Source of the DNA: an uncultured Bacilli bacterium | Lineage (GTDB): Bacteria; Bacillota_I; Bacilli_A; RF39; UBA660 | DNA length: 47,228 bases | NCBI GenBank assembly: GCA_934132925.1 | Contig: CAKPAL010000002.1 | Span: forward strand, 1 to 47,228 | Direction: 5' to 3' | Part shown: positions 25,532 through 34,696 of the stretch, piece by piece | Numbering within the stretch: position 1 is the first letter of the stretch | Layout: every line of letters begins with the position of its first letter | Notes under the pieces: generated by a model | What the model saw: the letters and a program-made list of their open reading frames with translations, nothing else | Database searches by the model: none | Told to the model about the DNA's origin: nothing | Made by a program: the position numbers and the translations under genes

Positions 25532-25645
25532 ACCGGAGAGAAATCTCGTCAGGTCGATAGCTCAATGTCGATTTTATTAAATTAAGTGTATGTTAAGTAC
25601 ACCGCTTGAGTTGGGGAGAGACTATTTTATAGTCTCTTTTCTTTT
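25532..25645 (+). ncRNA. Candidate orphan small RNA (about 110 nt) ending in a strong intrinsic terminator
   Basis: The most GC-rich non-coding patch in the window. Elements: GAGA-GAAA-UCUC (GNRA) hairpin, CTCAA/TTGAG long-range pair, GTGTA/TACAC hairpin, and terminator AGAGACTA-ttta-TAGTCTCT followed by TTTCTTTT, which has a U-run only on the plus strand. Confidence 0.45.
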
Positions 25646-25671
25646 AAATTATCAACAGATTCTGTTGATAA

Positions 25672-26649
25672 CTACTTTAAATCTATATCAAAAGAATAGT
25701 CATAGCTTATTTTTTCACATTTATTAGTATTTTTGAATGCTTCTTCTTTATGAGAATAATCCACAATTTCTTTAACAGTATAATTTTTAAAATATTTTTT
25801 TATTTTATTTAATACATCTAATTCTTCTTTGGTAAATAAATCTTTATTAAATTCTTTCTTTGGTGTTATTTCATAATATTCTTTAGATGTGGTTATTATT
25901 GGTTCGTAGTCTATTATATCTTCTTGATATCCTTTTGATAATATTGTTTCAAAGCGATCCGGAACTGGGCCAAATGGTAATTTACAATATTCTAGTCCTG
26001 TTATTGACTTACAATTTTCTTTATAAAATAAGAAGTCAGCATAAAACATTTCTTTTAATAGTTTGGTTTTTAATATTGTATTATCCGCGAGATAAATAAT
26101 CATATTATATACCTTTTCTTTATTTAATTTAGTATAACCGTTATACTCTGTTGGATTATATTCTTCGCTTAGCAATAATTGCTTTTCGTTATTAGCTAAG
26201 AATATAGATATCTTATCATTAATCTTATTATATTCTTTATCAGTAAATTGTACTTTATTGGCTTCAACTAAGTTTGTTATTATTTCTGGACTAGCTATTA
26301 AACTTTTTATTAGTATTAGATAACTATCATTTGGTATAGATACTCCTTTTTCATAACTTATTAATGTCTTTTTAGCACAACCGATTACTTTAGAAAATAA
26401 TTCTTGGGATAGGTTATATTTTTTTCTTAAGGCTATTATTTCTTCTTTTGTTACTCCATACAATTTATTATATATTTCTATACCTTTTTCAGAAGCAATA
26501 TTATCTAATTTCTCGTCATATACTAAATTATTACATTTTGAGCAAAATCTTCTATCTGAATTAAATTTTATCTCTTTTCCTTTTATTTGGTAGATATGTT
26601 CATGATTCTTAACATAAGTATCAGTACTACCACAATTATCACATCTCAT
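25672..26649 (-). CDS. MqsA-like antitoxin (Zn-ribbon + XRE HTH) fused to a C-terminal Panacea/DUF4065 (SocA-like) domain
   Basis: CDNCGS...CSKCNN zinc ribbon. HTH LSQELFSKVIGCAKKTLISYEKG. C-terminus MFYADFLFYKENCKSITGLEYCKLPFGPVP, typical of DUF4065. Confidence 0.75.
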   Translation of the reverse strand: MRCDNCGSTDTYVKNHEHIYQIKGKEIKFNSDRRFCSKCNNLVYDEKLDNIASEKGIEIYNKLYGVTKEEIIALRKKYNLSQELFSKVIGCAKKTLISYEKGVSIPNDSYLILIKSLIASPEIITNLVEANKVQFTDKEYNKINDKISIFLANNEKQLLLSEEYNPTEYNGYTKLNKEKVYNMIIYLADNTILKTKLLKEMFYADFLFYKENCKSITGLEYCKLPFGPVPDRFETILSKGYQEDIIDYEPIITTSKEYYEITPKKEFNKDLFTKEELDVLNKIKKYFKNYTVKEIVDYSHKEEAFKNTNKCEKISYDYSFDIDLK

Positions 26650-26659
26650 AATTTTCCTC

Positions 26660-26986
26660 CTAATTATAATCTATATGAAATGATAGACATACTGTCATTT
26701 CTTTATTATTATATTCTTCTATCTTTAATTTAATATATACTCTATTTCCATTAATATCTTTTTTAAATACCAGTGAATTTTCACTTTTTGAATAAAAAGG
26801 TTTATAATCTTGAACATAGTTATATGAAGATAATGTTAATATTTCTTGCCATGCTAAACTTTCAGTTATCCCAATTTCTAATAACTCTTCAAGATAATCT
26901 CTATCTTTTCTATTAGCAAATCTTTTATTTCCTTTAGTTATTAACTTTTTCATTTTTGTTAGTAGTTTGAGCTGCTCTCCAGTCAT
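26660..26986 (-). CDS. MqsR-family toxin-like protein (108 aa)
   Basis: Resembles MqsR in size and pattern (...VKKLI..G...F...A..ELLEIGI...A...I..L....Y...........VF.....G..VYIKL.I......V.SFH). Start moved to the ATG at 26986 behind GAGGGGG. Confidence 0.65.
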   Translation of the reverse strand: MTGEQLKLLTKMKKLITKGNKRFANRKDRDYLEELLEIGITESLAWQEILTLSSYNYVQDYKPFYSKSENSLVFKKDINGNRVYIKLKIEEYNNKEMTVCLSFHIDYN

Positions 26987-27047
26987 ATAATTCCCCCTCA
27001 CGCTTATCTTTCTATTACATAATATATCTTTTCCTTTCTGTATTAAT

Positions 27048-27063
27048 GGTAACATATGTAACC
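27048..27063. promoter_or_regulatory. Imperfect 16-bp palindrome GGTaACATATGTaACC, candidate operator of the TA operon
   Basis: Lies between a TTGACA (27070-27075, minus strand) and the toxin start. Confidence 0.45.
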
Positions 27064-27120
27064 TATTTTTGTCAATATATAAATTATAATTTTATATATT
27101 TTTTTATCAATACTTGTGAC

Positions 27121-27247
27121 ATAATAAAAACTATAGACATAAATCTATAGCTTATATAAATAATTTTTTTCAGAGACGTTTGGCTCTGAAATATTTTGAA
27201 ACACCTTAGGCTTTCAAAAACTCGAACAATGTAATGTGAGAGGAATA
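27121..27247 (+). repeat. Composite hairpin element A1 (3 hairpins + tail CAATGTAATGTGAGAGGAA)
   Basis: Aligns to 32501-32600 along its length and to 35893-35968 in architecture and tail. Confidence 0.85.
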
Positions 27248-27252
27248 TACTA

Positions 27253-27675
27253 TTATCTACTTTTACCTTTAGGTGATAATAGTTCTTCTCTTAAATATCT
27301 ATAATATTCAATGCAATTGACATATCTATTTTCTTGGTTATTAAATATCCAAATGGCAGTTAAATCTTCTAGTGGAATGGCTCCCATTTGACCATCTTGT
27401 ACTTTTGGATATGGTGCTTCTAGTACTGGCATTTTATTATAGTAAAATAATTTATCACCACCTCTAGTCCAAAATAATTCATTATTATGACCACCTTTTA
27501 CTTTTGCTTTACTTCTTACATATCCAGTAGTTATAATATCTTTTACTTGATCCATACCAGTTACTCTATATACAAAATTATCATTTGTTTTCATAGCAAT
27601 AGGATTATCTTTACCAAATGCTAGTTCTCGCTTAAAAACTCTATTTCTAGTACTTTCTATTCTATCGTCTTCCAT
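27253..27675 (-). CDS. Hypothetical protein (140 aa)
   Basis: ORF with RBS AAAGGAG, last gene of the ATPase operon. No motif recognised. Confidence 0.7.
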   Translation of the reverse strand: MEDDRIESTRNRVFKRELAFGKDNPIAMKTNDNFVYRVTGMDQVKDIITTGYVRSKAKVKGGHNNELFWTRGGDKLFYYNKMPVLEAPYPKVQDGQMGAIPLEDLTAIWIFNNQENRYVNCIEYYRYLREELLSPKGKSR

Positions 27676-27677
27676 AT

Positions 27678-28052
27678 TTACTCCTTTTCTATGGTAGTTC
27701 TACCACTTATTCTATTATCACTATCTTTAATCCAAAGATAATATTTTTTATATGTAAAGTAAGAACTTTCTGCTTTATTATTTTCTATTTTATTCCAGCA
27801 TAATGAATCTACACTGGGAACACTCTTGGTTGTTTTTAGGCAGTATTCAGTAGGGTTTCCTGTTGTTGTTATTATTAATTTACCATTTTCTTTAGTGACA
27901 TCTTCTATTTTAGCAGTCATATTTTCATTAGGTTTAGCGTAATACTGATTATTATCACTATCTGGTAAGATATTTTTAGCAACAATGAAACTAAATACTG
28001 ATAAGACGAGAATACCTCCAAGTGCTATGAATGTGCTATTATTATTTTTCAT
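27678..28052 (-). CDS. Small membrane-anchored/secreted hypothetical protein
   Basis: N-terminal TM/signal FIALGGILVLSVFSFIV. Start overlaps the ATPase stop. Confidence 0.7.
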   Translation of the reverse strand: MKNNNSTFIALGGILVLSVFSFIVAKNILPDSDNNQYYAKPNENMTAKIEDVTKENGKLIITTTGNPTEYCLKTTKSVPSVDSLCWNKIENNKAESSYFTYKKYYLWIKDSDNRISGRTTIEKE

Positions 28053-30657
28053 TTTTAACCTCCCTGTAATCTTTAAATAATTTTGTATATATTGGTTTTA
28101 CTAGTTCTCCTAATACAAACATTATAAGACATATTCCAATAGTTATCAAGATATAACTTATTTTTATATTTGGTACTATGAAGTATTTACTTATTGGAGT
28201 TACTAATACTATGATTTGAACTAATAGTATTAATGATACTCCTAGTGTTAATTTTTTATTTGAAAAGATATCTTTATTTAGTACTGATTTTTTTATGTTA
28301 CGACAAGAGAATGAGAATAATAATTCATGAGTTACTAAGTAGATAAATAATAATGAACCTGCGGTATTTACATCTACTGTTTTAGCAAAGTAAATGAATA
28401 TTATCAACATTACTACTGATTTTATGATAGCTCCAATTACTATTTTGGCTGTTAATAATGGGGTAAAGAAACTTTCGTTGTATTTATTAGCAAGAGTATT
28501 TTCCATTTGGTCATCTTGTTTCTTTTCAAAGGCTAACATAATAGCAGGTATACTATCTGTTACTAGGTTTATCCATAGTAATTGCAAAGTTGTAAACATT
28601 TCCATATTTAGTACCATGGATATGAATACTAGAAGTACTTCAACTATATTGCCTGCTAGTAAGTATAGAATTATTTTCTTGATATTAGCAGTTATTCTTC
28701 TTCCTTCTTCAACGCCATCGACAATGGTTGAAAAACTATCATCTACAAGGATACAATCTGCAACTTTTTTTACTACTTCAGTTCCGGTTATACCCATACC
28801 TATTCCGATATCAGCTTTTTGAATAGCAGGAGCATCATTTACACCATCACCAGTCATGGCTACGACATAACCATTGCTTTGAAGAGCATCCACTATTCTT
28901 AATTTGGTACTTGGTGATATTCTAGCATAAACATTATATTTTTTTACGGCTTCTTTTAATTCATCATCAGTCATTTTGTCTACTATTTTACCAGTAGTGG
29001 CTCCCTCATCAGTATCGATAATGCCAACACTTTTAGCGATAGCACGAGCAGTATTTATACTATCTCCGGTTATCATAACTATTTTTATTCCAGAATTTTT
29101 ACATGTATTAATAGCAGTTGGTACGGAACTTCTTGGTGGATCCATCATACCTATTAATCCGATAAATATCATATCTTTTTCTGGATTAGTTGTATTTTCA
29201 TTTTTATAGGCTAAGGCTAGGATACGAAGAGACTTTTCTGATTCTTCCTCTTCTATTTTGAATATTTTTTCTTTATATTCTGTAGTTATATTATATAGTT
29301 TGTTATCTTCTAGATAATAAGTACAATTATGTAAGACAGAGTCTAGACTTCCTTTAGTAAAAGAATATTCTTTATTATCTATTATATTTATAGTACTCAT
29401 CATTTTTCTATCGAAATCAAATGGATACTCTTTTACTCTAGGGATATTTGTTAGAGTATTTTTTTCTTCTAGATATTTATAGATTGCTACTTCGGTTTCA
29501 TCTCCTAAATATTTATCGTTATTCTTAGTTACATTTTGACAACTTGATAAACAATAGTTATATAGATTTATGTTAGCAATGCTGTCTTTTTCGGTATATA
29601 ATTTATTGTTTACATAGATACTTTTTACTTGCATTTTATTTTCGGTAATGGTTCCTGTTTTATCAGAACAGATTATGTCAGTAGAACCTAATGTTTCAAC
29701 AGAAGCCATTTTTCTTATAATTACATTTCTTTTAGCCATCTCAGACATTCCTAGGGATAATATTATGGTTATTACTGAGGACATACCTTCAGGAATAGCG
29801 GCGACCGCTAGGGAGATTGATAGCATTAGGATATCAAAGAAATCATTCTTTTTAAGGAGACCTACAGCCATCATAACTATTATTATACCGATTATGATAT
29901 AGGTTAATACTTTACTTATTTGGTTTACTTTCTTTTGAAGGGGAGTTAGTTCATTCTTATTATTCATAAGACTAGCTCCTATTTTACCTAATTCGGTATT
30001 CATAGCGGTATTACACACTACGACAAAGGAATGACCATTTGTTACATTACATCCAGCATAGACCATATTTTTTCTTTCATATAATTCTTTTTCTTCAGTT
30101 ATATCTATATTGTCTTTCTTAATACTTTTTGATTCTCCAGTTAGGGTTGATTCATTTACTTCAAGAACTTCTGATGATATTATTCTAGCATCAGCGGATA
30201 CATAGTCACCGGCTTCTAGTTCTATTATATCTCCTGGTACGATCTTTCTTACATCAATTGTTTCTTTCTTACCATCTCTTATAACATTATTGTTAGTTAT
30301 AAACATTTTATTTAGTTCTTCGATAGCTTTATCGGCTTTCTTCTCTTCAATAAAACTTAGGGTAGCATTTATTATGACAATTATTAGAATTATTACTGAG
30401 TCAGCATATGATTCTTTTTGAATATAAGATATTACCGCAGAAAATACTGAAGCAAAGATAAGTAATATTATCATGAGGTCATTAAACTGACTTAAAAAGA
30501 TTATGATATTTGGTTTCTTTTTGCGTTCTGCTAATTTGTTTTCACCATATTTTTCTAATCTCTTACTTGCTTCTTCTTCAGTTAAGCCATTTATACTTGT
30601 ATTTAATTCTTTATATAATTCTTCTACTTTTTTATTATAATAATTATTTTCTTTCAT
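28042..30657 (-). CDS. P-type (P2, Ca2+/cation-translocating) ATPase
   Basis: ICSDKTGTITENKM, MITGD, TGDGVNDAPA, about 10 TM segments, N-terminal cation-ATPase-N motif. Confidence 0.92.
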   Translation of the reverse strand: MKENNYYNKKVEELYKELNTSINGLTEEEASKRLEKYGENKLAERKKKPNIIIFLSQFNDLMIILLIFASVFSAVISYIQKESYADSVIILIIVIINATLSFIEEKKADKAIEELNKMFITNNNVIRDGKKETIDVRKIVPGDIIELEAGDYVSADARIISSEVLEVNESTLTGESKSIKKDNIDITEEKELYERKNMVYAGCNVTNGHSFVVVCNTAMNTELGKIGASLMNNKNELTPLQKKVNQISKVLTYIIIGIIIVMMAVGLLKKNDFFDILMLSISLAVAAIPEGMSSVITIILSLGMSEMAKRNVIIRKMASVETLGSTDIICSDKTGTITENKMQVKSIYVNNKLYTEKDSIANINLYNYCLSSCQNVTKNNDKYLGDETEVAIYKYLEEKNTLTNIPRVKEYPFDFDRKMMSTINIIDNKEYSFTKGSLDSVLHNCTYYLEDNKLYNITTEYKEKIFKIEEEESEKSLRILALAYKNENTTNPEKDMIFIGLIGMMDPPRSSVPTAINTCKNSGIKIVMITGDSINTARAIAKSVGIIDTDEGATTGKIVDKMTDDELKEAVKKYNVYARISPSTKLRIVDALQSNGYVVAMTGDGVNDAPAIQKADIGIGMGITGTEVVKKVADCILVDDSFSTIVDGVEEGRRITANIKKIILYLLAGNIVEVLLVFISMVLNMEMFTTLQLLWINLVTDSIPAIMLAFEKKQDDQMENTLANKYNESFFTPLLTAKIVIGAIIKSVVMLIIFIYFAKTVDVNTAGSLLFIYLVTHELLFSFSCRNIKKSVLNKDIFSNKKLTLGVSLILLVQIIVLVTPISKYFIVPNIKISYILITIGICLIMFVLGELVKPIYTKLFKDYREVKNEK

Positions 30658-30669
30658 CTTTTTACTCCT

Positions 30670-30846
30670 TTATATTAGATATGATAGAATAAACATTACT
30701 ATCATGATTATTAATATTATTATTAAGAGTACTTTGGTTATGTTTATCAGGATGTTTTGATATGGCTTTAGTACTCTTAGGCCACAGTTACGACAATATT
30801 TGTCACTATCTCTTACGACTTTTTTACAATTTAGACATTCTTTCAT
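30670..30846 (-). CDS. 58-aa zinc-ribbon + single-TM protein (not in the ORF track)
   Basis: Own translation gives MKECLNCKKVVRDSDKYCRNCGLRVLKPYQNILINITKVLLIIILIIMIVMFILSYLI*. It has a TAATG overlap with the upstream gene and ends 12 nt before the ATPase start. Confidence 0.6.
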   Translation of the reverse strand: MKECLNCKKVVRDSDKYCRNCGLRVLKPYQNILINITKVLLIIILIIMIVMFILSYLI

Positions 30847-31964
30847 TATTGTAACCTCTCTTTTAGGATATTTATTATTTCTAATGAACTAGCACTAGAG
30901 GAATCTCTATGTAAGTAATAGTCATGAATGGCTTCGGCGATTACTTCATCATAATTTACACTTTCTTTTACTTTTTGACTAGCATAGCCTGATATGTTTT
31001 TGGTAAAGTCCTCGAGTGAGATATTGATATTATACTTCTTGTTATAATTAGTTATTGCTTCTTCGACTAGTTCTTTAGAGTACACTCCTTCTTTTAAGAT
31101 ATTTAGGATATTTTGATAATTATTTATATTATCTTTTGTTACTAGTGTTATGTTATCAATATTATTTTGTTTTAATAATGTTACGAAGGCTATGTAATGA
31201 CCTAGTTCGTGAGCTATTAGTGATTCATAACTAGCATCATTGGGATACCAGTTTTCTTTTAATCCTTTGTTTAGAATATCTTTATTTAAGAAATAATAAC
31301 TATTTAGTAGGATTTCTGTTTTGTTTACTTTGTTATATTCATTTATATTTAGGTTATTATTTACAAAGTTATTCGTGGGATTGAAATAGGCTATATAGTC
31401 TTCATTTCTTGGAGCATTGGTTACTGTTATGTTGGTTAGATAACCTTTTATATTAGGAAACAACTGATATGTTGCACTTATTACTTCTTTTATTTTACTT
31501 GATATATCTTCATCAATATCACATAAACTTACACTGGGAATATCATAGTTTTCACTTATTTCTTTTTCGATTAGAGACACATTTATATTTCTTTTACATT
31601 TCCAAGATTGTTTTGTGATATCTTGTTTTATTAGATTTATGGCTTCTTCTTTGGTACTTAAGGTTACATTTGTATATTTATTATTAGTATTCATAATGGA
31701 TACTTTATAACCATATTTTAAACTTGATATTTCTTTTTGTAATTCTATATATGGTCTAAACATGTCCTTACCACTTATTAGAGTCATGATAATAAAACTT
31801 ATTATGATAATGGAAGTTATGGTAAATAGCGAACCAATATTATTTTCTTTATATCTTAGTTTGTTATCCTTTAGAGATAAATAGCCATGTGGTGTTAGTT
31901 CTCCGCAGGAAGGACAAAAGTTATCATCTACTTCTAGTTCTTCATTACACTTTATACATTTCAT
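30846..31964 (-). CDS. Zinc-ribbon, single-TM, extracytoplasmic HExxH metallopeptidase-like protein
   Basis: MKCIKCNEE...CPSCG, TM IIIISFIIMTLI, IAHELGHYIAF. Confidence 0.75.
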   Translation of the reverse strand: MKCIKCNEELEVDDNFCPSCGELTPHGYLSLKDNKLRYKENNIGSLFTITSIIIISFIIMTLISGKDMFRPYIELQKEISSLKYGYKVSIMNTNNKYTNVTLSTKEEAINLIKQDITKQSWKCKRNINVSLIEKEISENYDIPSVSLCDIDEDISSKIKEVISATYQLFPNIKGYLTNITVTNAPRNEDYIAYFNPTNNFVNNNLNINEYNKVNKTEILLNSYYFLNKDILNKGLKENWYPNDASYESLIAHELGHYIAFVTLLKQNNIDNITLVTKDNINNYQNILNILKEGVYSKELVEEAITNYNKKYNINISLEDFTKNISGYASQKVKESVNYDEVIAEAIHDYYLHRDSSSASSLEIINILKERLQ

Positions 31965-32070
31965 AACTCCTCCTTTGCTACTTTATTTAATTATACCATA
32001 TTTTGTCGTATTTGTTTGTAAAAATTTAATAATTTTATTTTTAATGGGAAAATTGTATTAGGTGTTAGAT

Positions 32071-32517
32071 ATGAATTTTCAAAAACTAATAGAATTAAGA
32101 GAAGACTTTAATCTTAAACAAAAGGATATTGCTAAGCTATTAAACATTACTCAGCAGACTTATTCACTATGGGAAAATGGTACAAAGATTATTCCTTTAA
32201 AGCATTTGAATTCTTTGTGTAATTATTATAATGTTAGTATGGATTATGTACTTGGACTTTCTAATGTTAAACATTATGATGTTATTAATAGTGTTATTGA
32301 TAAGAATTTAATTGGTAAGCGATTAAAGAGTTTTAGAAATGAATATAATATTACCCAGGAAGAACTTGCTAATATTCTTAATACTACTCATTCTACTATT
32401 AGCGCTTATGAAAATGGAAAGACTACTATTCTTACCGCATTTGCTTATGAGATATGTAAGAAATATCATATTTCGATGGATTATTTATGTGGAAGAATTA
32501 ATAATAAAAAACTATAG
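32071..32517 (+). CDS. XRE-family transcriptional regulator with two HTH_3 domains
   Basis: LKQKDIAKLLNITQQTYSLWENG and ITQEELANILNTTHSTISAYENG. ATG at 32071 behind GGTG; the track start is GTG at 32062. Confidence 0.85.
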   Translation: MNFQKLIELREDFNLKQKDIAKLLNITQQTYSLWENGTKIIPLKHLNSLCNYYNVSMDYVLGLSNVKHYDVINSVIDKNLIGKRLKSFRNEYNITQEELANILNTTHSTISAYENGKTTILTAFAYEICKKYHISMDYLCGRINNKKL

Positions 32518-32628
32518 ACATAAATCTATAGCTTATATAAATACTTTTATTTCAGAGACATTTGGCTCTGAAATTTTTTTGAAAGACCTTAGGCTTTCAA
32601 AAGCCATGAGTGACCTTAGGCACGATGG
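32501..32628 (+). repeat. Composite hairpin element A2 (4 hairpins); overlaps the last codons of the XRE gene
   Basis: Hairpins at 32512-32531, 32553-32570, 32579-32600 and 32604-32628. Confidence 0.85.
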
Positions 32629-32631
32629 ATA

Positions 32632-32769
32632 CTACTTCTTTTTTAAGGTCTTTTCTTTTGGTTTATTTTGATTTTGTTCATTATTTTGTTGTTCATTTCG
32701 AGGTACCTGTTCCGGTAGCTGGCCTGTTACAAATAGATACTCTAAATAATCTTCAAAATTAAAGTTCAT
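32632..32769 (-). CDS. Possible 45-aa ORF MNFNFEDYLEYLFVTGQLPEQVPRNEQQNNEQNQNKPKEKTLKKK
   Basis: GGAGATAAAG RBS. Divergent from the HerA-like gene. It may be non-coding. Confidence 0.3.
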   Translation of the reverse strand: MNFNFEDYLEYLFVTGQLPEQVPRNEQQNNEQNQNKPKEKTLKKK

Positions 32770-32878
32770 CTTTATCTCCTTTTCTTTATATTATATTAAC
32801 ATAAGTGTGAATTTTTTGCAATTTTATTATATACTTTTTTATATTTATATGATAAAATTATAATAGGTGAAAAAGAAT

Positions 32879-34639
32879 ATGTTGGGGAAGATTGTTGCTA
32901 TTAATGATAATATTGTTTCTGTACAATTACAGGTTAATGTTTATGATTATGATGGTTTAATTAGTAAAAATGTTATTTTTAAAGATAATGATACTACTAA
33001 TATAGGTGAAGTTATTGCTATTGGTAATGGTATTATGCAAGTATCTTTAGTTGGTGAAATTAAGAATGGTAGATTTTTATATGGTGATATCTCAAAGCCT
33101 TCTTTTAGAGCAGAATGTCACATGATAGATAATGCTACTTTAGATATTATTTTAAATAATGATGCCTCTAATAACATTAAACTTGGTAAATCTTTTATTT
33201 ATCCTAACTATGATATTAAACTTGATGTTGGTAATTTCTTTTCTAATCATTTTGCTATTCTAGGTAATTCTGGTAGTGGTAAATCTTATTCTGTTGCTAA
33301 AATACTACAGGGTATCTTCTACCAATGTAAGAGTTTACCTTTCTATTCTAATATCTTTTTGTTTGATGCTTATGGTGAGTATCAAAGGGCTTTTTCGAGA
33401 ATTCATGAGGTTAATGAAAATATTAATTACAAAGTTTATACTACTGATCTTAATAGTAGTGAATTTGAAATTCTTCAAATGCCTTTTTGGCTTCTTGGAC
33501 TTGATGATTTATGTTTACTTATGAACGTTACTTCTAAAGAACAAATTCCTTTTATTGAAAAGGCTCTTAAGTTAGTTAGTTATTTTTCTAGAAATGAAGA
33601 CGAAGTTATTAATCAGAAAAATGATATTATTGCAAGGTGTTTGCTTGATGTTTTGTTTTCTGGTAAGTCTCCTAGTATGATTAGAAACAAGTTTATTTCG
33701 ATTCTAACTAAATTTAGTACAAGAAATCTTAATTTAGATGTTAGTCTAGTAAAAGGCGGTTGGACAAGAACTATTAGGCAGTGTTTATTTGTAGAGGCTG
33801 GCGGTGAATTCTCTGATGTTGAGGTTGTTATTGAATATCTAGAAAGTTTATGTCTTGATAACTTTGAGCTTTCTATGCCAAATGGGGAATATATGTATAC
33901 AATGAAAGACTTTAGTACTGCTCTTGACTTTGCTCTTATTTCCGAGGGGGCTCTTAATAGTGATTCGGCCTTTGAACTTTCTAATGTTCTTAAGGTTAGA
34001 TTTAATAGTTTGATGAATAGTAATTATGCTAGATATTTTGAATATAATGGTTATATTAATAGAGAAAGTTATATTAATTATTTGCTTACTGCTCCTAGTG
34101 GTAGAAAGGCTCAAATAGTTAACTTTAATATTAATTATGTTGATGATAGATTTGCTAAAACTTTAGTTAAAATTTATTCTAAACTTCTTTTTGATTATCT
34201 TGTTTCATTAAATCAAAGGGGCTCTATTCCTTTTCACATCGTTTTAGAAGAGGCCCATAGGTATGTTCAAAATGATGATGATGCTGCTACTCTTGGATAT
34301 AATATTTTTGAAAGGATTACTAAAGAGGGTAGAAAGTATGGTTTGTTTTTGGGTATTGTATCACAGAGACCATCAGAACTTTCGGAAACTACAATATCGC
34401 AATGTAGTAACTTTCTTCTATTTAAGATGTTCCATCCTAGAGATTTACAATTTGTTAGGGATATTATTTCTAGTGCAGATATTACACTGACAAATAAGAT
34501 TAAGACTTTGCATCCTGGTAGTTGTATTATGTTTGGTACAGCATTTAAGATGCCTACAATTGCTATTTTGGATAAGCCTAATCCTGAACCTCTTAGTCAG
34601 ACTTGTGATATTAATCAAACTTGGTATATTCATAATTAG
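32879..34639 (+). CDS. HerA/DUF87-type (FtsK-HerA superfamily) ATPase with N-terminal HAS-barrel-like region
   Basis: Walker A GNSGSGKSYS, Walker B HIVLEEAHRYV, SQRPSELSETTISQCSNFLLFKM. ATG at 32879 behind AGGTGA; the track start is GTG at 32867. Confidence 0.85.
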   Translation: MLGKIVAINDNIVSVQLQVNVYDYDGLISKNVIFKDNDTTNIGEVIAIGNGIMQVSLVGEIKNGRFLYGDISKPSFRAECHMIDNATLDIILNNDASNNIKLGKSFIYPNYDIKLDVGNFFSNHFAILGNSGSGKSYSVAKILQGIFYQCKSLPFYSNIFLFDAYGEYQRAFSRIHEVNENINYKVYTTDLNSSEFEILQMPFWLLGLDDLCLLMNVTSKEQIPFIEKALKLVSYFSRNEDEVINQKNDIIARCLLDVLFSGKSPSMIRNKFISILTKFSTRNLNLDVSLVKGGWTRTIRQCLFVEAGGEFSDVEVVIEYLESLCLDNFELSMPNGEYMYTMKDFSTALDFALISEGALNSDSAFELSNVLKVRFNSLMNSNYARYFEYNGYINRESYINYLLTAPSGRKAQIVNFNINYVDDRFAKTLVKIYSKLLFDYLVSLNQRGSIPFHIVLEEAHRYVQNDDDAATLGYNIFERITKEGRKYGLFLGIVSQRPSELSETTISQCSNFLLFKMFHPRDLQFVRDIISSADITLTNKIKTLHPGSCIMFGTAFKMPTIAILDKPNPEPLSQTCDINQTWYIHN

Positions 34640-34650
34640 TTATATTAAAA

Positions 34651-34685
34651 AGATAATTCTATGTTTATTAGAACTATCTTTTTTC
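34651..34685 (+). terminator. Rho-independent terminator of the HerA-like gene
   Basis: AGATAATTCTA-7 nt-TAGAACTATCT (one mismatch) followed by TTTTTT. Confidence 0.7.
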
Positions 34686-34696
34686 TTTGGTTCCTT

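Noticed and set aside
25422-25580. A 52-codon plus-strand ORF (MEYILKVVYYWYFFCYF...) that could be a type I toxin-like peptide.
   Set aside because: It has no RBS, and it runs through the predicted promoter and 5' part of the sRNA candidate. It is probably fortuitous.
25532-25645. Possibility that the GC-rich structured segment is an SRP (4.5S/scRNA) RNA or a tRNA-like gene, because of GTCAGGTC and TAGCTCAAT strings.
   Set aside because: The conserved SRP domain IV (GGAA tetraloop / AGCA loop context) is absent and no cloverleaf can be drawn. It is kept only as an unclassified sRNA candidate.
32339-32671. The 110-aa plus-strand ORF overlapping the 3' half of the XRE gene and element A2.
   Set aside because: It is an alternative frame of a well-supported HTH gene, then runs through the hairpin repeat. 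It has no RBS and an implausible composition.
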